From: Eledone cirrhosa | Lineage: Eukaryota | Direction of reading: 5' to 3' | DNA length: 64,000 nucleotides | Assembly: GCA_964016885.1 (NCBI GenBank) | Contig: OZ024754.1 | Location: 30,628,001-30,692,000 of the forward strand | Part shown: in pieces, positions 14,841 through 30,867 of the stretch | How positions within the stretch are numbered: position 1 is the first letter of the stretch | Layout of the letters: the number at the start of each line of letters is the position of its first letter | Made by a program: the position numbers and the translations under genes | Notes under the pieces: generated by a model | What the model was told of the DNA's origin: nothing | The model's input: only the letters and a program-made list of their open reading frames with translations | The model's database searches: none

Positions 14841-14911
14841 TATCTTTTGTTTCTATGTATTATAGGGAAGTAAAATAATAGGATGTGAGGCAACTTATGT
14901 TGGCAGTGCGG

Positions 14912-17900
14912 GAACTTGTGTTAGGTCTCAGGGAATTAGTGTTAGGTCTCAGGGAATTAGTGTTGGGTCTCGGGGAATTAGTGTTGGGTCTCAGGGAATT
15001 AGTGTTGGGTCTCAGGGAATTAGTGTTGGGTCTCAGGGAATTAGTGTTGGGTCTCGGGGAATTAGTGTTGGGTCTCAGGGAATTAGTGTTGGGTCTCTGG
15101 GAATTAGTGTTAGATCTCAGGGAATTAGTGTTAGGTCTCAGGGAATTAGTGTTGGGTCTTAGGGAATTAGTGTTGGGTCTCGGGGAATTAGTGTTGGGTC
15201 TCAGGGAATTAGTGTTGGGTCTCAGGGAATTAGTGTTGGGTCTCGGGGAATTAGTGTTGGGTCTCAGGGAATTAGTGTTGGGTCTCAGGGAATTAGTGTT
15301 AGGTCTCAGGGAATTAGTGTTGGGTCTTAGGGAATTAGTGTTGGGTCTCAGGGAATTAGTGTTAGGTCTCAGGGAATTAGTGTTGGGTCTTAGGGAATTA
15401 GTGTTGGGTCTTAGGGAATTAGTGTTGGGTCTCAGGGAATTAGTGTTAGGTCTCAGGGAATTAGTGTTGGGTCTCAGGGAATTAGTGTTGGGTCTTAGGG
15501 AATTAGTGTTGGGTCTCGGGGAATTAGTGTTGGGTCTCAGGGAATTAGTGTTGGGTCTCAGGGAATTAGTGTTAGGTCTCAGGGAATTAGTGTTGGGTCT
15601 TAGGGAATTAGTGTTGGGTCTCAGGCAATTAGTGTTGGGTCCAAGGGAATTAGTGTTGGGTCTCAGGGAATTAGTGTTAGGTCTCAGGGAATTAGTGTTG
15701 GGTCTCAGGGAATTAGTGTTGGGTCTCAGGGAATTAGTGTTGGGTCTTAGGGAATTAGTGTTGGGTCTCAGGGAATTAGTGTTGGGTCTCAGGCAATTAG
15801 TGTTGGGTCCAAGGGAATTAGTGTTGGGTCTCAGGGAATTAGTGTTAGGTCTCAGGGAATTAGTGTTGGGTCTCAGGGAATTAGTGTTGGGTCTCAGGGA
15901 ATTAGTGTTGGGTCTTAGGGAATTAGTGTTGGGTCTCAGGGAATTAGTGTTAGGTCTCAGGGAATTAGTGTTGGGTCTCAGGGAATTAGTGTTGGGTCTT
16001 AGGGAATTAGTGTTGGGTCTCGGGGAATTAGTGTTGGGTCTCAGGGAATTAGTGTTGGGTCTCAGGGAATTAGTGTTAGGTCTCAGGGAATTAGTGTTGG
16101 GTCTTAGGGAATTAGTGTTGGGTCTCAGGGAATTAGTGTTAGGTCTCAGGGAATTAGTGTTGGGTCTTAGGGAATTAGTGTTGGGTCTCGGGGAATTAGT
16201 GTTGGGTCTCAGGGAATTAGTGTTGGGTCTCTGGGAATTAGTGTTAGATCTCAGGGAATTAGTGTTAGGTCTCAGGGAATTAGTGTTGGGTCTTAGGGAA
16301 TTAGTGTTGGGTCTCGGGGAATTAGTGTTGGGTCTCAGGGAATTAGTGTTGGGTCTCAGGGAATTAGTGTTAGGTCTCAGGGAATTAGTGTTGGGTCTTA
16401 GGGAATTAGTGTTGGGTCTCGGGGAATTAGTGTTGGGTCTCAGGGAATTAGTGTTGGGTCTCTGGGAATTAGTGTTAGATCTCAGGGAATTAGTGTTAGG
16501 TCTCAGGGAATTAGTGTTGGGTCTTAGGGAATTAGTGTTGGGTCTCGGGGAATTAGTGTTGGGTCTTAGGGAATTAGTGTTGGGTCTCTGGGAATTAGTG
16601 TTGGGTCTCAGGGAATTAGTGTTGGGTCTCAGGGAATTAGTGTTAGGTCTCAGGGAATTAGTGTTGGGTCTTAGGGAATTAGTGTTGGGTCTCGGGGAAT
16701 TAGTGTTGGGTCTCAGGGAATTAGTGTTGGGTCTCTGGGAATTAGTGTTGGGTCTTAGGGAATTAGTGTTGGGTCTCGGGGAATTAGTGTTGGGTCTCAG
16801 GGAATTAGTGTTGGGTCTCAGGGAATTAGTGTTAGGTCTCAGGGAATTAGTGTTGGGTCTTAGGGAATTAGTGTTGGGTCTCGGGGAATTAGTGTTGGGT
16901 CTCAGGGAATTAGTGTTGGGTCTCAGGGAATTAGTGTTAGGTCTCAGGGAATTAGTGTTGGGTCTTAGGGAATTAGTGTTGGGTCTCGGGGAATTAGTGT
17001 TGGGTCTCAGGGAATTAGTGTTGGGTCTCAGGGAATTAGTGTTGGGTCTCTGGGAATTAGTGTTAGATCTCAGGGAATTAGTGTTAGGTCTCAGGGAATT
17101 AGTGTTGGGTCTTAGGGAATTAGTGTTGGGTCTCGGGGAATTAGTGTTGGGTCTCAGGGAATTAGTGTTGGGTCTTAGGGAATTAGTGTTGGGTCTCGGG
17201 GAATTAGTGTTGGGTCTCAGGGAATTAGTGTTGGGTCTCAGGGAATTAGTGTTAGGTCTCAGGGAATTAGTGTTGGGTCTTAGGGAATTAGTGTTGGGTC
17301 TCGGGGAATTAGTGTTGGGTCTCAGGGAATTAGTGTTGGGTCTCAGGGAATTAGTGTTGGGTCTCTGGGAATTAGTGTTAGATCTCAGGGAATTAGTGTT
17401 AGGTCTCAGGGAATTAGTGTTGGGTCTTAGGGAATTAGTGTTGGGTCTCGGGGAATTAGTGTTGGGTCTCAGGGAATTAGTGTTGGGTCTCAGGGAATTA
17501 GTGTTAGGTCTCAGGGAATTAGTGTTGGGTCTTAGGGAATTAGTGTTGGGTCTCGGGGAATTAGTGTTGGGTCTCAGGGAATTAGTGTTGGGTCTCTGGG
17601 AATTAGTGTTAGATCTCAGGGAATTAGTGTTAGGTCTCAGGGAATTAGTGTTGGGTCTTAGGGAATTAGTGTTGGGTCTCGGGGAATTAGTGTTGGGTCT
17701 CAGGGAATTAGTGTTGGGTCTCAGGGAATTAGTGTTAGGTCTCAGGGAATTAGTGTTGGGTCTTAGGGAATTAGTGTTGGGTCTCGGGGAATTAGTGTTG
17801 GGTCTCAGGGAATTAGTGTTGGGTCTCTGGGAATTAGTGTTAGATCTCAGGGAATTAGTGTTAGGTCTCAGGGAATTAGTGTTGGGTCTTAGGGAATTAG

Positions 17901-19778
17901 TGTTGGGTCTCGGGGAATTAGTGTTGGGTCTCAGGGAATTAGTGTTGGGTCTTAGGGAATTAGTGTTGGGTCTCGGGGAATTAGTGTTGGGTCTCAGGGA
18001 ATTAGTGTTGGGTCTCAGGGAATTAGTGTTAGGTCTCAGGGAATTAGTGTTGGGTCTTAGGGAATTAGTGTTGGGTCTCGGGGAATTAGTGTTGGGTCTC
18101 AGGGAATTAGTGTTGGGTCTCAGGGAATTAGTGTTAGGTCTCAGGGAATTAGTGTTGGGTCTTAGGGAATTAGTGTTGGGTCTCAGGGAATTAGTGTTAG
18201 GTCTCAGGGAATTAGTGTTGGGTCTTAGGGAATTAGTGTTGGGTCTCGGGGAATTAGTGTTGGGTCTCGGGGAATTAGTGTTGGGTCTCAGGGAATTAGT
18301 GTTGGGTCTCAGGGAATTAGTGTTGGGTCTCAGGGAATTAGTGTTGGGTCTCAGGGAATTAGTGTTGGGTCTCAGGGAATTAGTGTTGGGTCTCAGGGAA
18401 TTAGTGTTGGGTCTCAGGGAATTAGTGTTGGGTCTCAGGGAATTAGTGTTGGGTCTCAGGGAATTAGTGTTGGGTCTCAGGGAATTAGTGTTGGGTCTCA
18501 GGGAATTAGTGTTAGGTCTCAGGGAATTAGTGTTGGGTCTCAGGGAATTAGTGTTGGGTCTCAGGGAATTAGTGTTGGGTCTCAGGGAATTAGTGTTGGG
18601 TCTCAGGGAATTAGTGTTGGGTCTCAGGGAATTAGTGTTGGGTCTCAGGGAATTAGTGTTAGGTCTCAGGGAATTAGTGTTGGGTCTCAGGGAATTAGTG
18701 TTGGGTCTCAGGGAATTAGTGTTGGGTCTCAGGGAATTAGTGTTAGGTCTCAGGGAATTAGTGTTGGGTCTCAGGGAATTAGTGTTAGGTCTCAGGGAAT
18801 TAGTGTTGGGTCTCAGGGAATTAGTGTTGGGTCTCAGGGAATTAGTGTTAGGTCTCAGGGAATTAGTGTTGGGTCTCAGGGAATTAGTGTTGGGTCTCAG
18901 GGAATTAGTGTTAGGTCTCAGGGAATTAGTGTTAGGTCTCAGGGAATTAGTGTTGGGTCTCAGGGAATTAGTGTTGGGTCTCAGGGAATTAGTGTTGGGT
19001 CTCAGGGAATTAGTGTTGGGTCTCAGGGAATTAGTGTTAGGTCTCAGGGAATTAGTGTTGGCTCTCAGGGAATTAGTGTTGGGTCTCAGGGAATTAGTGT
19101 TGGGTCTCAGGGAATTAGTGTTGGGTCTCAGGGAATTAGTGTTGGGTCTCAGGGAATTAGTGTTGGGTCTCAGGGAATTAGTGTTAGGTCTCAGGGAATT
19201 AGTGTTGGGTCTCAGGGAATTAGTGTTGGGTCTCAGGGAATTAGTGTTGGGTCTCAGGGAATTAGTGTTGGGTCTCGGGGAATTAGTGTTGGGTCTCAGG
19301 GAATTAGTGTTGGGTCTCAGGGAATTAGTGTTAGGTCTCAGGGAATTAGTGTTAGATCTCAGGGAATTAGTGTTGGGTCTCAGGGAATTAGTGTTGGGTC
19401 TCAGGGAATTAGTGTTGGGTCTCAGGGAATTAGTGTTGGGTCTCAGGGAATTAGTGTTAGGTCTCAGGGAATTAGTGTTGGGTCTCAGGGAATTAGTGTT
19501 GGGTCTCAGGGAATTAGTGTTGGGTCTCAGGGAATTAGTGTTGGGTCTCAGGGAATTAGTGTTGGGTCTCAGGGAATTAGTGTTGGGTCTCAGGGAATTA
19601 GTGTTAGGTCTCAGGGAATTAGTGTTGGGTCTCAGGGAATTAGTGTTGGGTCTCAGGGAATTAGTGTTAGGTCCCAGAGAATTAGTGTTAGGTCTCAGGG
19701 AATTAGTGTTGGGTCTCAGGGAATTAGTGTTAGGTCTCAGGCAATTAGTGTTGGGTCCGAGGGAATTAGTGTTGGGTC
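14912..19778. repeat. 21-bp tandem array gggaattagtgttgggtctca (~230 copies, 4.9 kb)
   Basis: Direct reading. Stop-free as (RELVLGL)n on + and (PNTNSLR)n on -. Variant units recur in higher-order blocks. Confidence 0.98.
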
Positions 19779-20169
19779 CAAATGGAAGTAGGGTTGCATG
19801 GTCTGTGTTAGTAAACAGAAAACAAAAATTTAGCAAAATGAAATAAATTACATTTATTCCACATGTGGGACTTGATATATAGATCAATCAACAAAGAGCA
19901 CAATATTGATAGCTGTGTTACTCTGAGATCTCTTTCTACTACAAATACGATTAAATCTGGCAATTAGGTAATTATCAAATATAATCTTATTAGATTTATC
20001 CAAGAAAACTTAACTAAAACATTAATAAAGACTCTATTTACTAATTACTAATTATTAGTGAATTACTAATTATTGGTGAATATCAAAGCTACACATAACA
20101 AGGAAATCATCATAGTTACTTTTATAAATATTTCATATCCATTTATCTCTAATATTCTCTTCCATGAAT

Positions 20170-20720
20170 CAGTTGGGTCATTAAAGCATTAGACAATGTA
20201 CATTGTAGTATTGAATTTTGGCTGTTTGTGTTATAAGTTCAAAGCTAGCTGGAGGTACTCTTTGTTTATCTTATTTCCAGGGTTGATAAATGAAGTACCA
20301 GTCTAGGGCCATAGCCTAGTTGTGCCATTAGAATATATTATAGGATGTCATGCTGTATTTCTTCTAGATGTTAGTGTTCTGTGTTCAAACCTTGTTCAGG
20401 TCAGTTTTGTTTTTCATTTTTCTGGGTCTGATAAATGAAGTACTAGTCTAAGGAGGTGGATTGGCAGAATTGTTGAAGTATCAGATATGATGCCTTGCAG
20501 TACTTATTCCAGCTCTTTGTGTTCATCATCATCATCATCATCATCATCACCGTTTTACGTCCGTTCTTTAATGCTAGCATGGGTTAGACGGGTTGTCCTG
20601 TTGTGGGCAGTGTCTGGTCGGCTGACCATGCCTTGCTCATACAGGAACTGATTTTGGCTTGATTTCTACAGCTGGATGCCCTTCCTAACACCAAAGGTTC
20701 TGAGTTCAAATCCCATCCTG
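20170..20720 (+). mobile_element. Cluster of degenerate S1 SINEs with an RTE tail inserted at 20524-20695 (-)
   Basis: Repeated gataaatgaagtac(c/t)agtc cores. The head at 20452 resumes at ttctgagttcaaatccc (~20698). Confidence 0.6.
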
Positions 20721-21042
20721 ACTTCTTGAGTGGTAGACTTCATCTATTGCGTTGTTTAACGATACTACCTGGTCTTCGGCACCTTTAGCAGAGTCCACTC
20801 TGTTACAGGCATTAGGGCCAGATCTCTGGTGTGAGAACATCTTCCTCCTGCCCTCATACAAGTCATGGAGGCCTTAAAAACAATGTTGGGCATTGCTCTT
20901 CTATCCCGTACTAAGCTACATATATAAAGCAATGGTGATGTTGTTGTTGTTAATGCTATGTCTACTTCTCTTGCTTATGATGATGATATTTATGATATAA
21001 CACACACACACACACACATGCACACATACACACACACACAAT

Positions 21043-21259
21043 TTAACCCGTTAGCATTTACATTACTCTATATTTACTATTATATTTTCAAGGTAAATAC
21101 TATTATCATACATAATATCAAATCTACAAGATTTTGATATAATTTATTTTGAGAACAATACCTTAACATCACTATGAGCAGCCAGTTATGGCCGGTTTGA
21201 ACAGAAAGTGGTGAGAGAATTCTGGCTGGATATGGCTGGTTTAAATACTAAAGGGTTAA
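21043..21259. mobile_element. piggyBac-type MITE with TTAA flanks
   Basis: TTAA|CCCGTTAGCATTTA ... TAAATACTAAAGGG|TTAA; homologous to 12822-13047. Confidence 0.82.
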
Positions 21260-21461
21260 ACATAGCTAATGATTACTGTTTGCAGCTCATACTTAGAACC
21301 TCTGACAATGAAGAATGCATGCCTTTAACAACAAACATTATGGAACTACTAGCTTCTTGAAATTCAACTAATACCATGTATTAATATACATATTTATATG
21401 AACATGAATACACACACCCATTTGTTTAAGGGAAATTTGTATTTTCTGGCATGTTTGCATA

Positions 21462-21748
21462 CATCATCATCATCATCATCATCATCATTTTACGTCCGCT
21501 CTTCCCTGCTCACAAGGTTGGGACGGGTCTTATTCAGCACAGCATCTCTCCACTCGTCACGGTCCTTCGTCATCTCCACCGTGAGCTTCAGCGATCTGAG
21601 GTCTGTTCTCACCACCTCCGCCCATGTTTTTCTTGGTCTACCTCTACTACGTCTTCCTTCAACTGGCATTACCTGGCACTTCTTCACCCATCGGTCATCC
21701 TCCATGCGCATCACATGTCCATACCACCCCAGTCTCCTCTCCTCTCAC
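21462..21748 (-). mobile_element. RTE LINE family B 3' fragment
   Basis: [33 protein letters not shown], with a (GAT)n tail. Confidence 0.88.
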
Positions 21749-21758
21749 ATCAAAATGT

Positions 21759-21811
<53 letters not shown>

Positions 21812-21817
<6 letters not shown>

Positions 21818-21992
21818 AACAAGTAAGACCCCGACGGCTGAGCTCAAGCTGTTTCGACAGAATTAGCCGTCGAAACGGCTTGAGCTCAGCCATCGGGGTC
21901 CTACTTGTTCCTATTACCCACTCTACTACCCTAAGTATTGAGTACTTTGGTGCGTTATGGTCCACCTGGTTCCTTACCACATTTCCTTCGTT
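21812..21992 (+). mobile_element. Fold-back element in (TA)n (PLE pLTR-like); hammerhead truncated
   Basis: Arms 21812-21858 vs 21869-21914 with GAAAC at 21872. The tail cccactctactaccctaagtattgagtact...tatggtccacctggttcc is shared with 34230-34488 and 54495-54570. Confidence 0.72.
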
Positions 21993-22444
21993 ATATATAT
22001 ATATATATATATCAGTTATGTATGCATATATATATATATATCAGTTATGTATCCATATATATATATATATATATGTATAGATAGATATAACTCATATATA
22101 TTTGTGTATTTATATATGCATTCACAACTATTTCCAGGTGGTAGTTAAAGTAAGAATATAAATAGCCAAGTAATGAGACTAATATTGTAACAGGAAGAAT
22201 GTTAAAGAAGTCAGTTTTTCTGACATTGACAAATCAACAAATATTTTGGGATATTGAAGATTTCCACCTGAGCCAATCAATTTGTAATTACTGTGTGTAA
22301 CCTCCAGGTGTTCTAACAACATAAAGTAGCTTGTAATATCACTTATGTATATCTTAAATACATAAATCTTTGCCTTGTCTACCTTATCTATTTAATCACA
22401 CATACTTGTATGTCTACAATATCTATTTAATCATACATAATTAT

Positions 22445-24338
<1,894 letters not shown>

Positions 24339-24448
24339 AAGTATTGAATTTAGCAGGTGAATGTAGAACTGTTGCGAATTAAGCAATGATTATATTGACA
24401 AATGTTTTCTATGAATCAAATTTATATATATCTATATCAACATATATA

Positions 24449-25073
24449 TCATCATCATCATCATCATCATCAACATCATCGTTTAACGTCCATTTTCCAC
24501 GCTAGCATGGGTCTGGACGGGAATTGTCCCACTTGAGGCAAGATTGGTTGTCTTGCTCAGGACTGTCTGGCTGGTTTTCTATGGCTGGATGCCCTTCCTA
24601 ACACCAACCACGTTTACAGTGTGGACTGGGAGGTTGTACCATGTTACCTACACGGCCACATTACAGCGTGGACTGTCTGGCGGGTTTTCTACGGCTGGAT
24701 GCCCTTCCTAACACCAACCACGTTTACAGTGTGGACTGGGAGGTTTTACCATGTTACCTACACGGCCACATTACAGCGTGGACTGTCTGGCGGGTTTTCT
24801 ACGGCTGGATGCCCTTCCTAACACCAACCACGTTTACAGTGTGGACTGGGAGGTTTTTACCATGTTACCTACACGGCCACATTACAGCGTGGACTGTGTG
24901 TTTGTTTTTGTCGTGACACCTACACGACCTCATTTATTTAGGACTGGATGTTGTGGTACCAACATAGCTTTACTTCGAAAGGGGTGGTGTAGATGGCGGT
25001 GGGGGTAGGGTTAGTGGGACGGGGGTGTATTTTGGTTAAGAGGTGCCTACTGACTGTAGGTTTCGCTTTGTAC
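24449..25073 (-). mobile_element. RTE family A 3' UTR fragment with an internal 110-bp triplication
   Basis: Reverse-complement match to ~955-1373; the unit ggactgtctgg starts at 24560, 24670 and 24780. Confidence 0.88.
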
Positions 25074-25084
25074 TACATATATAT

Positions 25085-26480
25085 GTGTGCACGTGTGTAT
25101 GTATGTATATTTATATATGTATGTATCTATATTTATGTATCTATATGTATGTATGATTGTATATGCATGTATGTATGTATGTATATTTATATAGATATGT
25201 ATATTTATGTATGTATGTATATTTATGTGTATGTCTATGTATATATGTATGTCTATGTATATATGTATGTATCTATATTTATGCATGTATGTATCTATAT
25301 GTATGCATGTATATTTATATATGTATGTATCTATATTTATTTATGTATGCATTCATGTATGTATGCATGTATATTTATATAGATATGTATATTTATATAT
25401 GTATGTATCTATATTTATTTATGTATGTATGCATGCATGTATGTATGTATGCATGCATGCATATATGTATGTATGCATGTATATTTATGTGTATGTCTAT
25501 GTATATATGTATGTATCTATATTTATGTATGTATGTATGTATGCATTCATGTATATATGCTTGTATATTTACATAGATATGTATATTTATGTATGCATAT
25601 ATATTTATGTGTATGTCTATGTATATATGTATGTATCTATATTTATTTATGTATGTATGTATGTATGCATTCATGTATATATGCATGTATATTTACATAG
25701 ATATGTATATTTATGTATGCATATATATTTATATGTATGTCTATGTATATATGTATGTATCTATATTTATTTATGTATGTATGTATGTATGTATGCATTC
25801 ATGTATATATGCATGTATATTTACATAGATATGTATATTTATGTATGCATATATATTTATATGTATGTCTATGTATATATGTATGTATCTATATTTATTT
25901 ATGTATGTATGTATGTATGTATGTATGCATTCATGTATATATGCATGTATATTTACATAGATATGTATATTTATGTATGCATATATATTTATATGTATGT
26001 CTATGTATATATGTATGTATCTATATTTATTTATGTATGTATGTATGTATGCATTCATGTATATATGCATGTATATTTACATAGATATGTATATTTATGT
26101 ATGCATATATATTTATATGTATGTCTATGTATATATGTATGTATCTATATTTATTTATGTATGTATGTATGTATGTATGCATTCATGTATATATGCATGT
26201 ATATTTACATAGATATGTATATTTATGTATGCATATATATTTATGTGTATGTCTATGTATATATGTATGTATCTATATTTATGTATGTATGTATGTATGT
26301 ATGTATGTATGCATTCATGTATATATGCATGTATATTTACATAGATATGTATATTTATGTATGCATGTATATTTACATAGATATGTATATTTATGTATGC
26401 ATATATATTTATATGTATGTCTATGTATATATGTATGTATCTATATTTATGCATGTATGTATCTATATATATATATATAT
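25085..26480. repeat. (TATG)-based satellite with ~124-132-bp higher-order units
   Basis: Recurrent gcattcatgtatatatgcatgtatatttacatagat. Confidence 0.9.
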
Positions 26481-26749
26481 ATGTGCATGTGTGTCTATGC
26501 TGAAATCTCGGTAAATATCAATTGAATGTAATCAATATTTAATGAGACGATTGATAAAAAATTTGTCAGTGTTTAATTACGAAATCTCTCATTTCATAGC
26601 TCTCAAATGTATTTATTAAAATTATTAGACCAATACATCAGCATATTGAACTTAAAACAATAATCAATCAGGAATCAATCACACACTTTCACTAAATCTT
26701 CTATTTTAAATCACATCTATTCCCTCTTTCCCTCCATCCCCGCTCTTAC

Positions 26750-28418
26750 TTATCATCATCATCATCATCATCATCATCATTATAATTATAATCATCATCA
26801 TCATCATCATCATCATTATAATTATAATCATCATCATCATCATCATCAACATTATAATTATAATCATCATCATAATCGTTAATATTATAATCATCATCAT
26901 CATTATTGTTATAATTATAATCATCATCATCATCATCTTCATCCTCATCCTTCTCCTCTTCCCTCTCCTTCCTCCCCTTGCTCCTCCTCATCGTCCTCAC
27001 CCTTACCTTCCCCCTACTTCCCTGCCCTCCTCCTCCTCTTCATCATCAACATCATCATCACCATCACCACCACCACTACCACCACTACAACAACTATCAC
27101 CACCACCATGACCATCACCACCCCCACCCTACCGAATCCACTACCCCCATCCTACCACCACCACCACCACTACTATCATCATCACCACTACTCCACCACC
27201 ACCACCACTACTACTACCATCCACAACTCCATCACCACCACCACCATTACCACCCCCACCACCATTACAATGATGACCACAACTCCACCACAACCACCAC
27301 CACTACTATCCACAACTTCACAACCACCACCACCACAACCACTACCACTACCACAACTACCACCACCACCACCATCACTACCACAACTACCACAACCACC
27401 AGCACCACCACAACCACTACCACTACCAATACTACCACCACCACCACAACCACTACCACTACTACCACCACCACCACCACAACCACTACCACAACTACCA
27501 CCACCACCACCACCACCACCACAACCACAACCACAACTACCACCACCACCACCACCACCACCAGAACCACTACCACTACCACTACTACCACCACCACTAC
27601 CACCACCACAACCACCACCACCACCACAACCACCACCACCACCACCACCACAACCACTACCACCATCACCACCACAACCACAACCACTACCACCACCACC
27701 ACCACCACCACTACCACAACTACCACCACCATCACCACTACCACAACCACCACCACCACCACAACCACTACCACAACTACCTCCACAACCACTACCACCA
27801 CCACCACCACCACAACCACCACCACCACCACCACCATCACTACCACAACTACCACAACTACCACAACCACCACCAACACCACAACCACTACCACAACTAC
27901 CACCATCACCACAACCACCACCACCACCACAACCACTACCACAACTACCACCACAACCACTACTACCACCACCACCACCACAACCACCACCACCACCACC
28001 ACCACAACCACTACCACAACTACCACCACAACCACAACCACTACCACCACCACCACCACCACCACTACCACAACTACCACCACCATCACCACTACCACAA
28101 CCACCACCACCACCACAACCACTACCACAACTACCTCCACAACCACTACCACCACCACCACCACCACAACCACCACCACCACCACCACCATCACTACCAC
28201 AACTACCACAACTACCACAACCACCACCAACACCACAACCACTACCACAACTACCACCATCACCACAACCACCACCACCACCACAACCACTACCACAACT
28301 ACCACCACAACCACTACTACCACCACCACCACCACAACCACCACCACCACCACCACCACTACCACAACTACCACAACTACCACAACCACCACCAACACCA
28401 CCATCACCACTACCACCT
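26750..28418. repeat. (ATC)n then (ACC/ACA/ACT)n trinucleotide tracts
   Basis: Direct reading. Confidence 0.95.
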
Positions 28419-28573
28419 ATGCTGCACCTTAATACGCCAAGACATCCTTGTGCAATGGTGCAGTGGTGCAGTGGTGCAATAATGCAGCTTAGTTCCAAAC
28501 TTTTAGTTCTGCAGTCATCCAAAGGAAAAAAATTGGCAGACAGCTGCAAGTATTTCACAGCTTGGTTGTTATT

Positions 28574-28970
28574 GGTGGACTGGCAGAATCGGTAGAGGGT
28601 CGGACGCCATGCTTTGACGCATAGAGTTATGGCCCTTGCCATTCTGAGTTCAAATCCCGCCGAGATTAACTTTGCCTTTCGTCCTTACGGGGTCGATAAA
28701 ATAAAGTACCAGTAATACACTGGGGTAATTGCTGGCCTTGTGCCTAAAGTAGAAACAATTATTATCATCAGAATAGTGGAATGTCAGAATCGGTAGAGCG
28801 TTTGGACACCATGCTTTGTGTAATATAGTTACAGACCTTTACGTTCTGAGATCAAATCCCACTGAGATCACTTTGCCTTACAGGGTCGATAAAAGAAAGT
28901 ACCAGTAATACACTAGGGTCGATTTAATCTCTTCATATTGCTGGCCTTGTGCTGAGGGTAGAAACTATTA
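28574..28970 (+). mobile_element. Two tandem tRNA-derived S1 SINEs (28574-28763 and 28775-28970)
   Basis: A box tggcagaatcggta, B box gagttcaaatcccgcc, core tttgcctttc..ggggtcgataaaataaagtaccagt, end gctggccttgtgccta..gtagaaacaatt. Confidence 0.88.
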
Positions 28971-28974
28971 ACAT

Positions 28975-29930
28975 GATCCTCATCATCCTCATTTTCATAA
29001 CCATCATCGTCATCATCACCATCACCACCACCACCATCACCATCATCACCACCACCATTATCACCATCATCATTATCATCACCATCACCACCATCATCAT
29101 TATAATCATCACCACCACCACCACCACCACCATCGTCATTATCACCATCATCATCATCACCATCACCACCACCACCACCAACATCACCATTATCATCACC
29201 ACCATCACCATTATCATCACCACCACCACGACCTCCACCACCACCACCACCACTACCATCACCACCACCCACCACCACCACCATCATCATCATCACCATC
29301 ACCACCACCACCACCAACATCACCATTATCATCACCACCATCACCATTATCATCACCACCACCACGACCTCCACCACCACCACCACCACTACCATCACCA
29401 CCACCCACCACCACCACCATCGTCATTATCACCATCATCATCATCACCATCACCACCACCACCACCAACATCACCATTATCATCACCACCACCACCATTA
29501 TCATCACCACCACCACGACCTCCACCACCACCACCACCACTACCATCACCACCACCCACCACCACCACCACCACCACCATCACCACCACCACCACGACCT
29601 CCACCACCACCACCACCACTACCATCACCACCACCCACCACCACCACCACCACCACCATTATCATCACCACCACCACGACCTCCACTACCACCACCACTA
29701 TCATCACCACCACCCACCATCACATCCACCACCACCCACCACGACCACCTCCACCACGACTTCCACCACCACCATCAGCATCACCATTACCACCACCACC
29801 ACCACCACCACCACCACGACCTCCACCACCACCACCACTATCATCACCACCACCCACCACCACCTCCACCACCACCACCACCACCACCATCACCACCACC
29901 ACCACCGTCATCATCATCATTAACATCATC
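28975..29930. repeat. (ACC/ATC)n tract with internal duplications
   Basis: Direct reading. Confidence 0.95.
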
Positions 29931-30267
29931 ATAAGAAACATGATCACAGTATGTAAATAAATAACAGTAAAAGAAAAAAGAAAAAAAAAGATAATCTCCC
30001 TATTGTCATTCTTTTTCTTTTTTTGTATCTTTTTCTTTCTTTCATTAAATATTTTTAATTGATCTGATAATTGAGCAGGTGTCCTTTAACTGCTGTAATT
30101 TCTACAGACAACCCTACTTTGTCCACCCCACCACGACCACCACCATATAATTAAGCAGCTGGTTTGTACAGTATATGCCTTCAATTTAGTGTATTCCATT
30201 ATTATCATCATTGTATATCTACTTTCAATACTTGCATTTGCATGTGTGTGTGTGCATGTGTGTGTGC

Positions 30268-30299
<32 letters not shown>

Positions 30300-30610
30300 A
30301 TATGTATATATATATGTGTGTATATATATGTGTGTGCATGTATATATATATATATGTGTGCATGTATATATATATATGTTTGTATATATATATGTGTGTG
30401 TGTGTATGTGCATGTATATATATATGTGTGTATATATATGTGTGTGTGTGTGTGCATGTATATATATATATATATATATGTGTGCATGTATATATATATA
30501 TGTGTGTATATATATGTGTGTGTGTGTGTGTGCATGTATATATATATATATATATATGTGTGCATGTATATATATATATGTGTGTATATATATGTGTGTG
30601 TGTGTGCATG

Positions 30611-30641
<31 letters not shown>

Positions 30642-30867
30642 ATGTATATATATATGTGTGTATATATATGTGTGTGTGTGTGCATGTATATATATATATA
30701 TATGTGTGTGCATGTATATATATGTGTGTATATATATGTGTATAAACACATGCGCACACACACACACACACAAATACATATAATATAATATATATATATA
30801 CACATGTATACGCAAACACATATGTACCTATGTGTGTGTCTCAGCTCAATATTATTATATTATGATA

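Noticed and set aside
26978-28642. Poly-Thr/Pro/Gly/Val ORFs resembling mucin or extensin (also 40523-42220)
   Set aside because: ACC-type trinucleotide tracts open in many frames on both strands, with no supported splice or domain context.
28574-28670. tRNA-like A/B boxes (also 42806, 49013 and 49790-49868)
   Set aside because: No complete cloverleaf; these are multi-copy SINE heads.
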